A program made the position numbers and the translations under genes. The notes beneath the pieces are model-generated. The model was not told where the DNA came from and made no database searches. It saw only the letters and a list, made by a program, of their open reading frames with translations. This document shows positions 38,319-52,106 of a DNA stretch of 64,000 nt, piece by piece. The stretch covers positions 54,708,812 through 54,772,811 of the forward strand of contig NC_068995.1 of NCBI RefSeq assembly GCF_001194135.2, read 5' to 3'. The first letter of the stretch is position 1. Every line of letters starts with the position of its first letter. The DNA comes from Octopus bimaculoides. Lineage: Eukaryota.

Positions 38319-38446
38319 CATTCCTACATATTACAATTATTGTCTAATCCTTTTGCTCATAAAACGTAAAAGGTGTAAGAAAGAATTTGAAATAGCAACG
38401 CCAGGATTATAAAACAAAATTCATATAACCGTTCAGTGAATTGTAC

Positions 38447-38494
<48 letters not shown>

Positions 38495-40639
38495 GTTTTC
38501 TTAATGTAAATGAACATATGGAGCTGAATAGATTGTAGCGGTTATATTTTCCAAACAATATCATTAGTCATGAAAACCATGAAGAAATTTCAAGTTACAT
38601 TTGGAAGCAAGTAAAATAGCTGCGTTATTTTTCAGGTAATGGAAAACGTCAGAGAAAGTTAACGAGTTAACTTTCTTAGTTTGCGAAATAATGTGAAATC
38701 TTAGCAACTCTACTGCATTGTAGAGACTACAATAAAATATCCGTGTAGTGCGTTGGTTTGATCAGTGTTTGGAACAGAATTTGCAGCTGGAATAAATTTA
38801 AAAATCTCTTTTAGCTGAGTATATGATTGCAAGATTGATTAAAATTTGAAGAATTCATTTGAACTATATTTTTGGAAAATTATAATGATACGTTTGCAGT
38901 GATACTAAATGAGTAAATGGACATATTTGGGTTACTATGATGGTTTTTCAATGCTTTATTCATAATAATTAATCTACATATGGGTGGTTGCTTGTAAAAT
39001 TTCATTTGAAAACAAAAGATAAAGATAAATTCCAAATGTTATGTACTTCCTGCATGACTGGTATTAGAAAATACATTTAAATGTTTGACAAAGAGAATGA
39101 AAATATGTTTATCACAAATTGTTTCTATGGTATGAGTTGCTTTTAAAATAAGATGCGAAACGAATATAGTCTCACTTAATAGGTCGAAAATGTTGTCGAG
39201 AATACGAATTCAAAGAAATAATGTTTCATCTCTCCAAGAGATTAAGGAGACTGAATTTTATAATTTAATTAAAAACGTGCCTTGGTGCAGGAAATGTGCA
39301 TAACTTACAAATTGAAACAGTTAAATAGAAGAAACACTAGCACGTAAAAGGATACGGAAAACGGCTAAATATTGGCTGATTTAATTTTCGCAATATAAGA
39401 CAAATAATGATCTGGAAAAGAAACGTGAAAGTGGGAAATTTCCAAATTATTTACAAATCCACCAAATGCAACTTCCGATGAGTTATTGTTTTTCTTTTAT
39501 TTAATTTCACTAATTTAACATTGTTTTACGAAAAACTGTAAATGTATTACAGAATATGCATTATGCAATAATAAATCCCTTTCATCCGCAACAAATACCT
39601 TCATGAGTGACTGACGCAGAAATCTCGCAGACTAAACAAATAACGGTTTCCTTAACATATAAAGTGAGTGAGTTATAAAGTTTCTGTGTTTTCTCTTTAC
39701 GGAAGCATACGGAAATGTGTAAAGGAAAACTTTTGCTATTTCTCCAACATGTACCAACGAAGTTGAAATTTCAATAACATGTAAGTTTGTATACTGGTAG
39801 CTTACAATCTAAGCGTATTTTTTAATATTCTATTAAATATTGAAGATCATGTGCCTTAATCAATTATTTCTTTGTATATAGAGTTTCTTATAAATTTGAT
39901 CCCGCTAACAAGACTAAATATGTTACGAAATATTTGAATTTATAGATGATTGCCACTAATGGTAAAATTATGAAAACTTCCGTTTAATATTTCCTAGCAT
40001 GACGTCTGCACATATAATTCCTCAAATTCAACCAGTCACTCATTCTCTGCGGAGCACTGATACATGGCTTTATTCTTGTTTGAAACTATTCTACGCTAGG
40101 CGTTTTTTCAGATCCACCACAGCCTATCATTGTCAATCTCCACTTTTGTTCCTCATGGGATACAAAGAGGCAGTCTGACAAATGTCTGTTCGTTCCACAG
40201 TTTTTTTTACTGCAAAACAGTCTTACTGCTACTTACCTCATGTCACATATGATATGATCTTTTACATGTAATATAATAAGCAGAAAACTTCTGATTAAGT
40301 GGGATTATCTGTGTGGTCATCACACACATGTATCCTCTCAGTTTATTCAAAATCTCAAGTAAGATTAATTACCTCGAAAAAAATTAAATAACTTACAATT
40401 TGAAAAAAAATAAAATGAAACAGACAAGAGTGAGCCATCATTTGATAACCAAGCGGCGAAAGCCACACACACATTTCCGTCGTCTGAATTCTCTTTTGCC
40501 TATTTAGTTGAGAATACTAAGAACTAGTGTTTATATATACACGAAGTGAGAGTTAGTTGCAATACAGATTATGTTTATGAGCAAGAGAACTGAAGGAAGT
40601 GCATGAGGTTACACATTTCTTGGTGCCGCACAATGTCAA

Positions 40640-41340
40640 TCGTATATTACCTTTCAAACGAGAGATGCAAGAGCAACTTATAACTAAAGTATATGACAAT
40701 GGAATGTCGTATGTATTGGAAATGAATGTAAGAAAAATACAATACATACTAATCAGTGACGAACAAGAAACACCAATAAATATTACAATAGTGGGAAATC
40801 TTATTGAACAAACACCAAATATAATATACCTGCGATAGCAAGCGAAGAACGTATACCTAATATCGCAATCATAAATGTGAAGCAGAAATCAAAAGAAGAC
40901 TTGATGTAACTAGAAATACATTTGGAAAATATATCAAAGTTACTAACAAAGTTAATATCGAAGGAACAGTTGTATATAGGAGTGAACAAAAGACGTTACA
41001 ATAGTGCGATCTAACAAATTACATTTCTTGGAAATGTGGGCCATAAAATACATTTGCGAATGCCATGGACAATCCCTCAAAATAGTAATGAAATACTAGA
41101 AAAGACAAAATCTAAGAAAATCTGTTCGATGTTAACAAAGATAGAAAACGGAAAATATTTTCAGACACTTGATTAGAAATCTTAATAGGAGCTATAATCA
41201 ATGTGCTTATATAATGCGGGGAATGACAAAATCAAATATTACGTGGATGGAAAATGTCAAGAATCGGACAGAATTACGCAATGTGAATATAGAAGGACAG
41301 CACAAGTTACAGAGATATAGCAATCCGATGTAATCAAATT
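40640..41340 (+). mobile_element. RTE-clade LINE, RT C-terminal remnant
   Basis: Peptides in order: LEMNVRKIQYILIS, KCEAEIKRRLD, FLEMW...LRMPWT...NEILE, KYFRHLIRN, ITWMENVK. Confidence 0.8.
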
Positions 41341-41489
41341 TCTGATAGATTATACACGATGAGAGTGACAAGAAGCTTCTGTGCATATGAAAGCGTAGTT
41401 CACAGATTTTGACAAGCTGAAATTCTTCATGAAATTAGTAGTGATATCCTTATTTAGCAGTCGTTAAAATCTAAAAGAAAATCGGTCTG

Positions 41490-41860
41490 CCTAGAACAGT
41501 ATTCTTTGAGAGATATTCTGCAACACATCATAATTAGTTTGTTGTACTATGGGTGCAATCCTTTTATTATTGAAAATTGAACCCGTTGTCTTCATTCGGG
41601 GAACTAATTTTTGCAGCTTGGTTAATAATCTCCCGAAAAGCATAACGATTTCTAACCCATAACTTCATAAACAACTACAAAATCATAATTCGTCTACTCT
41701 GTTGTTACACATCCTGCGCTCCAGAGTTGATGTAAAAGACAAAAAAATAGATATTTCATACAAGCTCTGCAAAGGCAACCATTTGATAGATCTCCACCAA
41801 AGCTCAAATCCTGATGCATCCGTCATCAAAACATGCTATTTCCCAACGCGTAATCTTCAT
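41490..41860 (-). mobile_element. Tc1-like transposase remnant
   Basis: Minus strand VLMTDASGFEL (first catalytic Asp, cf. VLFTDESKF) and FNFQ**KDCTH (cf. FQQDNAPCH). Confidence 0.6.
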
Positions 41861-43489
41861 TAAATATTTCTGTCCTTATTATTAGAGTTTCTGTTACGTA
41901 TTTTTCAGATAAATCCAATGTTTTTCAAACTTCAAGCTGTAACCACTGTGGAGACATTTCTTTCATGAGCTATGAATGTCATTCTTAATGCCAGAATGTT
42001 TTATTTGTACAACAGATTTTCTGAAAGTGTAACAATATTCTGTTTAAGGAAGTATAGAATTACCTTGTGGATGCTAGTTTATTTTATCTACTTGAAGGAG
42101 AGTAGTAATTTTATTATTAACATAAATATCAATATATAATCACTTAGTCTTTCAAACATTACATGATATGGCAAATTTAAGGATGTAAGATAGTGCTTGG
42201 GGATTTAGTCGTCTGTTAGATTTGTGTGTGCGTGTGTGTGTGTGTGTGTGTGTTTGTGTGTGTGTTTGTGTGTTTGTGTGTGTGTGTGCGTGCATATGTT
42301 TGTAATATTACCATAGGTAATTTTATATGTACGTTTGTAGATATATATGCATATCCATGTGTATTTTTGTATATATTTAGAAAAATGTACTGACAAATAA
42401 AATGCCAAAACAATGTGTAACGTTTTCTTGATAATGATGTGTGAACAAAGATTATATTACATCAAAAGATTTGTATCTATACTGTATATTATTTCTCGCC
42501 GATGTATCTGAAATTTCTCATTATTTATCTTTCTATATGTCAACATTGGCTGGTTGCCACAAATAGCTTTGTTTAAAAAGTAAAGTTAATTCAAGCTCAA
42601 ACAAAATAGTATTATTATCTTCGTGTATCTGTTGCCAAGTCTATAATATGTTGTGATGTATTTCAGAATGGATCAGCATTTATGTCATGAATCTGATAAA
42701 GAGAGACAGTGTGCTTATGACAGCACACCGAACGAATATTATGTAGTTGAATCAGAATCGTGAATCTTCTGATGTCATAATATTATATATTTCCCCCCAG
42801 GTAACACGAATATTAATTCAAAATATGAGATTATGGTGTGTTATATATCATATTATTTATCTTCTCTTTCTTGACTTAAAAAAAGTACACAAAGTATTCT
42901 GTTTGAAAATATATAGAAATCTTCGGGGTTAACACGAATTTTCAAATTAAAACAGGAATACAGAAATATGTTCATATAATACGTGTATGTTCAGTGTTAA
43001 CGAGGATGTTTATTGATAGAGAAAATATGTACAAAGTAATAAACACTGTCAGAATATCATTATGCTTGTGAAGGTCAGAAATCCAAAGAGAAGGACAGAT
43101 TAATTTTGTAAATGTCATTTCTTTCTCCTTCCTTTCAGGATTTCTTTGCAAATCCAAGATGTAGAATACCAGGAACAGAGGCATCTAAAATCATAGGCTC
43201 TCGGTTTCCTTTTTTGTTTATTTGTCTCTTTTTTAACGAAGCCTAGAATTTTGATCCAGATACATCTTCAGTGATTCTGCAAAACCGGGCAGAGAAAGGT
43301 TTCTTTTCATTCTGTCTGACGTGCTCTCTTTGTAGTTTCATTTTCTTCTATTACACGTTTCATCACCTGTTATTGCAGCAGCTCTTCACCACTAGTTATC
43401 AAATACTCGGCAGGCGTCTCCTTTCACTCCTTTCCCATCCAAAATATCAAGGAACGCCGGCGTCCTCCGTGACTTCTTTCCAGGTTTGC

Positions 43490-43865
43490 TCCTTCATGAA
43501 TTCAAATTCCACCGAGTTTGTCTTTGCCTTTCATCCTTCGGGGCTCAATAAATTAAGTACCAGTTATGTACTGGGGTCAACGTAATCGACTATCCCCATC
43601 CGCCAATTTCAGGCCTTGTGCCTATTATAGAAAGGAATATTATCATGAAAGATGCCAAATGGTGCAATCGTTAACATGCCAGGCAAGCGCTTGGTATCAT
43701 TTCCTCTGCACTTACGTTCTGAGTTCAAATTCCATCGAGGTCAACTTTGACTTTTATTATCACGATTGTGGTAAAATAACTACCAACTGAGAAGAGCTGC
43801 TGATTTAATTCACTTAATCCGTACACCGTAATTACCAGCTTTGTATCAGACTTTGAAACCGTTAT
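43490..43865 (+). mobile_element. Two tandem type C SINE copies (first lacks its head, second degenerate)
   Basis: ttcaaattccaccgag...ctttgcctttcatccttcgggg...ggccttgtgcctattatagaaagg (43500-43640), followed by acgttctgagttcaaattccatcgaggtcaacttt (43712-43750). Confidence 0.8.
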
Positions 43866-44639
43866 TATTATTATTGTGAATAAACATAACTGTAATGTTT
43901 AGCAGATATTTATTTCATCGATTAGTAGTTATTGGGTGGAAGACGCCAGGGAGATAATTGTTTATACAAAATGAAATATTGTTTTAACATCGCCTTCAAT
44001 TGTATTAGACATCCATGTATCAATTCAGAATTTTTAGTGATTTTAGTGATTTTACGTCGCTTCAATTCACATTGTAGAATGACCATTCGATTGAAATAAT
44101 CTGTCTTACATAGCTTTTATAAAGAGTAATTATTTGTGTTCGACTGTGCAGACGATTGTGTTACCTAGAGTGTGAAATAATATTCAATTGCAAGGAACAA
44201 GTGATATTGATATTCTTACATATTGAGGTATTGTCGAAGATGAAAGGTAAACGATATTCTATCTAAATATATTCTCAATTTTCTGATCTCTTGAAATCTT
44301 ATATAGTATTGTATATAATGAAATTCAGATATTACAAATGGAAGTAAAATCAACGTATTATTATCTTCGATGGAAATAGTAAGATAAAATTTAAAAAATA
44401 AACTTGTCAACGTTTAAGCGTATGAGGAATTTCAAACAATATCCTTGAAACGTATTAAGAGAAAGACAGAAGAAAGAAACTCGAAAAGAATGTATATTGC
44501 ATGAGACATTAACCTGAACCTCATGAAAAAAAACGACTTTTTTCTCCTCTTTTACTAAGAATTTATTTTCAAAAATTTGATAATTCTTCTATACCCAGAA
44601 TGTTTCTCCTTGCCACATGAGCCACTATATTACATTGTG

Positions 44640-45122
44640 GACTCATAGTGTTACCGAACCGCACAAGTATTTGCTATGAAAATATGAGTTTCGGTCTCTA
44701 TCTCGTTGCTAAACATCATGGACAAATGATAATTTTTGAAGTGCGGAATAGACAACACTACTGATAGCGACTAATGCAGAATGTTTAGTGAGAAAGGTGA
44801 AACGGTGTGGTACATAGTAAATGCCCAAAATTAGCAACACGCGAATGCAAGTCATGCAATGACAATGTTGTAAGAAGGATCTATTAGAAGCTCTGTGGAA
44901 ATCACGACCTTCAAAGAGTAAAGACGTGGTATGTGCAAACTGCTGAAGGAGTCGTCGAAAAAATGCTGTGAGATGTAATGCTACAGTGCAATCAACCGAC
45001 TAGGCACTAGAAAGCGGACATTATTGTGGGGAATGAAAAAGGATGTATATGCATTATAATCGACATAGCATGCCCCGATGACACCATGATCAATGTGAAG
45101 GAAGAAGAAAGAAAAAATAAGG
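44640..45122 (+). mobile_element. R4/Dong-like non-LTR retrotransposon 3' fragment no. 1 (zinc knuckle plus restriction-like endonuclease)
   Basis: CRMFSEKGETVWYIV..CPKLATRE...KLCGNHDLQR, then EGVVEKML*DVMLQCN...ADIIVGNEKGCICIIIDIACPDD...KEEE. Confidence 0.8.
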
Positions 45123-45126
45123 CGTT

Positions 45127-45798
45127 ACCCATCAATGGTTAGTGTCTTCTGGTTTCAAATCAGAGAAAGAAGGGTTTACCATAGCAGCCCAAGATCGATG
45201 CCTACCTACAAGTACCAGGCCAACATATTAAAGGATGGCAGTAGACCAGCATGGATATATATATAACTAACAAAATAAAATCATTGATCATGTTGTCTCC
45301 ATGTTCAGTCTTCTTGTGCCTATAGAGTATATCAACAGACATGACAGAGCAGCACAATATATTCACTGGGTAATTTTCAAAAACTTGAACATGCCCATTG
45401 CTAAAAGTTGTCGGGAACACAAACCACCTCCAGAGCCTGAAAATGATCACATCTTACTCCTCTGGAACTTCACTGTTCAAACTGACAAACCGATAGGTGC
45501 GAATAGGCCACACATTATATTGAAAGACTTGAGGCAAAAATCATGCCACCTCATTTGATATGTGTGCCATTCGACATAAATGTCAAGACAACCAAAAACT
45601 GAGCAAGTATAAAGATCGTGAAATAGAAATTGGCAAAACTTATAATTTTCTTATGATTTATGTAGACAATATTTTGTGCAAAACCAAATATATGACACCC
45701 TACGCATAACACCAACTTGAACTTCTAACTTTTTGTCTCTTGAGGACTCTGGGTGAAACATTGAGTCACCTTGTACAAATATAAAGCAAAAGTCAAAC

Positions 45799-45838
<40 letters not shown>
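45127..45838 (+). mobile_element. R4/Dong-like non-LTR retrotransposon 3' fragment no. 2, with (AAT)n tail
   Basis: THQWLVSSGFKSEKEGFTIAAQDRCLP, EYINRHDRAAQYIHW, LLWNFTVQTDKPIGANRPHIILKD, KLSKYKDREIEI, then a 3' UTR and (AAT)n. Confidence 0.9.
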
Positions 45839-45840
<2 letters not shown>

Positions 45841-45854
45841 TGATGATGATAATA

Positions 45855-45887
<33 letters not shown>

Positions 45888-48800
45888 TTGATGATAATTT
45901 AGTACACCAATGGTTACAAGGGACAGGTCTCAAGAAGAAGAACAAGGGGAAGTGNNNNNNNNNNNNNNNNNNNNNNNNNNNNNNNNNNNNNNNNNNNNNN
46001 NNNNNNNNNNNNNNNNNNNNNNNNNNNNNNNNNNGAAAGCTGTTGCTACTCATTTGAAAACAAGGCCAATAATTTTTATAGCTTGTCAACACCACTGAAC
46101 CAGTATTTGGCAAAACTAATTTTATTTCAGTCGATCTCCCTAGCATAAGAAAGGAAACAATTAATAATGTGATTTTTATGTGAAATCGAATAACATTTGC
46201 AGCCAAACTGAAATAGAGTATCGTTTCTGCTGACAACTATTATTTGGAGAAAGGATCATTTCGTATATCATAGTTAGAATTTGGTTTTAGTTCAGTTGTT
46301 TTATATTTGATAGTACAGCGTTTATTTCAATTGGATTGCTATCAAAAGAAGTGTCAATTGTAACATATTCGAGTTGATGAAGTTACATCTCGTAAGAAAA
46401 ACTATATACGTTTACGGTTATATTCTCACAGCTAGCTCACTACTCCCATATTAACCGAAATTCAATAGGTATGAAATAATAGTAATTCAAATCAGCCTAT
46501 GGAGTTGTACAATATGTTTTCACTCACCATAAAGAGATGAATAGTAATTGTGTCAGGATATGAATAGTGATGTTGTGGACTGGTGAATAATAATAGCAGC
46601 AGCAATATATTGATGTGGAGACATCTATACAGTCGTGTTGAACTATGCTCGCTTGCTTATACAAACGCTATCAGAAGAACGAAATGGTTGTATAAAGAAT
46701 GTAATTCTATTTTGCTACTGTATTGTACGAATAGAATGATCATTTCTATAGATGTACACCTTTCTTTTTCTCTTCCCTGGTTTATTTTCCATGCTTTAAA
46801 GGTAAAAATGATATTAACTGTTGGTTCACTTCGATAATATACGGGGAGATAAATAATTCGAAAACCCAGGAAATTGTATGATATATGTTAAATTGAAAAT
46901 TCGTAATATCGAATGCAATCATTGCATACACTTCATCAGAAAGTTGAGTTCATATATCTTTCTAACCTTTTACGAAGTAATTTTCCATAACTCTGTATGT
47001 GACGTAATTATAAATAAGAAACGAAATCACGTGGATATATTTCAGATAAGTGAAACCTTTTTAAAACTGACATTGAAAGAAATATTGTATTTGTTTCACT
47101 AAGCATGTTAAAATGTCTTCCATTTATCCTTTTTATCTCCTTTGTTAATTTCTAAAAACATTTGTATTTAATCACAAGGAAATACAAATATGACAATGGA
47201 AGGAATGTCATTCATATAATCATTGTATTTACATTCAATAGATAATATAACAAAGTTATCTCATTTTTTCTTTATTTTTCCTAACCAGTAATAAATTGTA
47301 TCTTTTGACCGATCTCTCTTTTGAGAATAAAAATTAAAGTGTATTATGGTAACACACAGTTCGTTTTCAAGGGCGTTATAATAGCAAGCAAAAATTAAAT
47401 ATGTACACTTCCATTGAAATGACCGAATTTAATTCTAATAACAGAATAAAATCATGCCTCTTGAGCTCAATGCTAAATTATTTTCCTATGTCCCTCTTTG
47501 AAAATAAGGCAGCCACTTTATAATTGTCATTTGAATGTTGAAGGTGTTTCCATTAGCAGCCACATCAAAACGTCAAGTTGTTCCTTGGGGGCCTTTAACA
47601 AATTCCGATACCTTGCAAGCATTTACTCAAATTTTATGGCGCATTTTGCTTTACACGCATACACACATCCTTACTAGAAACAGCACATTATCACACAGTT
47701 ATGATGCACGTAACATCACTGGCCCTTCTAAATTTAAAACCCAATTCGTTTTGTGTCATCTGGGGTTGTAGCGTGTTTCGAAGAACTTGTAGTAGAATCC
47801 GTCTTAAAAGCCAGAGACTGAACAAAAACACAAGCGGTTGTTATTGAATAATTTTACGAAAACACTAGGTTTATAAATCAAGCATTCTTCTGCTCATTTT
47901 CTACGTCTAAAAGCAAAAACATTCATGTTTGAAAATATACTCAACGTTGTAATTGTGTTTATAAAATGTCTTGCAGGGTAGTTGAAGTGTGTCAAGTATG
48001 TTTCAGAATATAAAATTATTTTTCGTTAATCCTTTCATCGATCAATAAGCAGAATTGTCTTTACAATTTCTCACTGCACAATTTCTCACTGTAGAACAAA
48101 AATATAAAAAGGAAAAAAAATATATATTAAAACTAAAAGTAAGACAGAACAAAATGTACATTTTATGTTTGGTGCCAAACTCATTTGAGAGACACGATGA
48201 CGGGGTTAATGGTGCAGTAAAAAAGAAGGAAACAATACGTGATCGCGTTTCATGACACATTCTTTTAATCTTCCCATCAAATCCTATGGATACGCGAGAA
48301 TCTGAAATCTGTTATTGCCTGATGTATTTCTTTGTCAACATTGTGTCGACATTCTGGTAGCAATCGTCTGAAGTATATCTCATTTTCTACGGATTGTTTT
48401 CTATTAGATTCAAAACTTGATGTAGTTTACGGGTTCCGCTTGTAAAATCTCTATAGTAAGTATATGTGAAGATAAAATAGAGCAAATAACAAAAAAAAAA
48501 AAAAACGTAAAATTATTTAGTTTTGTATTTTCTATAGTTCCTGATGCTTTAAATATAGAATTATTGAAGGAGACGAAGCAATGATAATTCCACCTGTTTC
48601 TAACTGGTATATTACTAATACACACACATATGTATATACGCACTCACACAGACACACAGATATATACATACATACATACATACATNNNNNNNNNNNNNNN
48701 NNNNNNNNNNNNNNNNNNNNNNNNNNNNNNNNNNNNNNNNNNNNNNNNNNNNNNNNNNNNNNNNNNNNNNNNNNNNNNNNNNNNNNNNNNNNNNNNNNNN

Positions 48801-49518
48801 NNNNNNNNNNNNNNNNNNNNNNNNNNNNNNNNNNNNNNNNNNNNNNNNNNNNNNNNNNNNNNNNNNNNNNNNNNNNNNNNNNNNNNNNNNNNNNNNNNNN
48901 NNNNNNNNNNNNNNNNNNNNNNNNNNNNNNNNNNNNNNNNNNNNNNNNNNNNNNNNNNNNNNNNNNNNNNNNNNNNNNNNNNNNNNNNNNNNNNNNNNNN
49001 NNNNNNNNNNNNNNNNNNNNNNNNNNNNNNNNNNNNNNNNNNNNNNNNNNNNNNNNNNNNNNNNNNNNNNNNNNNNNNNNNNNNNNNNNNNNNNNNNNNN
49101 NNNNNNNNNNNNNNNNNNNNNNNNNNNNNNNNNNNNNNNNNNNNNNNNNNNNNNNNNNNNNNNNNNNNNNNNNNNNNNNNNNNNNNNNNNNNNNNNNNNN
49201 NNNNNNNNNNNNNNNNNNNNNNNNNNNNNNNNNNNNNNNNNNNNNNNNNNNNNNNNNNNNNNNNNNNNNNNNNNNNNNNNNNNNNNNNNNNNNNNNNNNN
49301 NNNNNNNNNNNNNNNNNNNNNNNNNNNNNNNNNNNNNNNNNNNNNNNNNNNNNNNNNNNNNNNNNNNNNNNNNNNNNNNNNNNNNNNNNNNNNNNNNNNN
49401 NNNNNNNNNNNNNNNNNNNNNNNNNNNNNNNNNNNNNNNNNNNNNNNNNNNNNNNNNNNNNNNNTTATCATCATCATTATTGTAATTATTATTATCATCA
49501 TCATTATTGTAATTATTA

Positions 49519-49569
<51 letters not shown>

Positions 49570-49570
49570 C

Positions 49571-49619
<49 letters not shown>

Positions 49620-50959
49620 TAGATATTTCTTTCCTTTGGCTGTTTTTTGAAATCACTTGTCGAGCCATTATCCTGCTTCTAGTACAAGGAAACATAAGGG
49701 ATTAAATAATTTTAAGTATTTGAACGGCTGTCTCATGGGACATTTTGCGTTACATTACCACATAAAATATGGAGCATATGTGATATTTAATATATAATAA
49801 GAACATATGTATGTGCGTGATATCAAATTATAAGTTTAAAATAGTGTTAAAAATCTTTGTTGATATAATTATATAATAGTGTAAAATATGAACAACACAA
49901 AGTTATAAAATTGCAAGTATAAAATGTTGAATATCGAGTTGTATGTTTTGGATTTCATTAAATTTGCATGACTAGATGCGCCTGAATATAATATAGATTA
50001 AGCAGAAGGCTCACGCCTTGTGAGTTAGGTTACATTTATTCTCACTCTCTAAAATTCATAGCTGAGAGGAAATTCCTAATCTACATCCAGTGCTACTCGT
50101 TTTTAGTTATTGAATTTCTTGTAAAGATGTTTCTAGTGTTTTAGCTTCTGGCTCTGAGCCTTACGATAAAATAAATGTGAGATTTTGTGGATAATGTCTG
50201 CAATGTAACTTTGCAAACAATTGCATTTATTACCGTTTTTGCACCTGCCAGGTACAAAATGACAATTTATTAAAGCATTTTGCTGAAATTTGTTTAATTT
50301 CTGTTCTATCTCAACATGTCAACAAACAGCAGCAAGAAATTACGAATGTTTGCAAAACGTTGTAAACACACAGCAAACAGAAACGCAAAAAACAATAAAT
50401 AAATGTAAATAGAAATATTTCAAATTGTTAGGAGGGATGTAGAGTTAGTGATCCAAAAAACAGTTTGTTTGAAGACTCAATGCGAAAATACGATAACAAC
50501 GGCATAATGGCAATACGCATCTCTTCACACGCAGGTTAACAAATGAGGCGTCAAACTAGGTGATTCTTCACCTGAATAGATTATAGGGGATACAAAAATG
50601 TAGCTGCTCTCTATTATACCACATCTTCACCAACAGAGGCCAGGAGAAAATGCATATATTCTACTGAAATAGGATAGGTCATTTACTTATTTTTTTTAGG
50701 GAATCGAAACGGGCCTTATCTGACGCACTATAACATTTGAGGCAAATTTTGAGAGTACCTTCTTTGTAGAAAGGGTATGTGAAGCTTTCTCTATTATTCA
50801 ATTTTCTATTTGTGCGAGAATACAAGAAACATTTTTAGTTCTAAAAAGCTGAAAAAATTCTGTCATACTTCAGTGTGTGTATGTGTTTATGTGATTCCAA
50901 ATAGGGTGTTCACACACATATGTGTATGTGTGTGACCACTCTATTCGGAATCACATAAA

Positions 50960-51100
50960 CATGACTGCAAACGTGACTGCAAACGTGACTGCCACTCTCG
51001 CATCGGTCTCTACAGCCACAGGAGGCGTTGCAAGAACTGAATAGACAACTCAACAGACGGATGACATCATCCATGGTCAGCCACGACCGACGGAGGCCTT
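50960..51100 (+). mobile_element. RTE LINE extreme 3' end
   Basis: CKRDCHSRIGLYSHRRRC (RTE C-terminal C2H2-like motif) plus 3' UTR-like ccatggtcagccacgaccgacggaggcc; the 12-mer tgactgcaaacg is tandemly repeated at the 5' junction. Confidence 0.8.
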
Positions 51101-51455
51101 AGCAGGATGTATCAAGTGAATAGTTCCGCTTATATATATGCATATACAATTATATATATATANNNNNNNNNNNNNNNNNNNNNNNNNNNNNNNNNNNNNN
51201 NNNNNNNNNNNNNNNNNNNNNNNNNNNNNNNNNNNNNNNNNNNNNNNNNNNNNNNNNNNNNNNNNNNNNNNNNNNNNNNNNNNNNNNNNNNAAATATATG
51301 CACATGATCATGGGCGACTGAGTCAAATATCCTAAACACTAACTAAGGCACCTTCACTTACACACAGACACACACACACACACACACACACTCACAAACA
51401 TACACAGACACATGCGTGCACACACACATATACATACTTTCGTCGCAGCCTTTGT

Positions 51456-51735
51456 CATCTCTCTCTCCTTCTCTCTCTCTCCTTCTCTCTCTCTCCTTCT
51501 CTCTCTCTCCTTCTCTCTCTCTCCTTCTCTCTCTCTCCNNNNNNNNNNNNNNNNNNNNNNNNNNNNNNNNNNNNNNNNNNNNNNNNNNNNNNNNNNNNNN
51601 NNNNNNNNNNNNNNNNTTTCTCTCCTTCTCTCTCTCTCCTTCTCTCTCTCCTTCTCTCTCTCTCCTTCTCTCTCTCTCTCCTTCTCTCTCTCCTTCTCTC
51701 TCTCTCCTTCTCTCTCTCTCTCCTTCTCTCTCGCT
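51456..51735. repeat. (CT)n-derived minisatellite, unit ~CTCTCTCTCCTT
   Basis: 10-14-bp periodicity is directly visible; interrupted by a gap. Confidence 0.9.
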
Positions 51736-52037
51736 CTCACTACATCCTCTATATATATCAATGTCCGAAGCAGGTCTTTGCATCAAGCTTTAGCACTATG
51801 TTCAACAAAATCGATATCAATGGGGAATGATATTCTCTGCACAATGCTTGAAATGATTCAACTCAGTTACCAGCACCATATGAAGAGGCAATATAGTTAA
51901 ACATGATGATTCTATAAACCCTTGAAACAGGGCAGTTGTAAAATATTGTACTTTTAACGACGGCACACTCAATATAACGTTTATGACTTTTAACATTGCT
52001 GCTAAGTCATAAATTTCTCTTTCCTACTAAGGAAAAC

Positions 52038-52106
52038 AAAGTCGATTAAATTGACAGCGGTACTTGACTGGTACTTTATTTTGTTTACGGCAGAACGATG
52101 AAAGGC
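52038..52106 (-). mobile_element. Type C SINE central-domain fragment
   Basis: agtcgattaaattgac...actggtactttatt...gaacgatgaaaggc matches 55158-55222. Confidence 0.55.

Noticed and set aside
48063-48091. 14-bp tandem duplication acaatttctcactg
   Set aside because: Ordinary slippage duplication.
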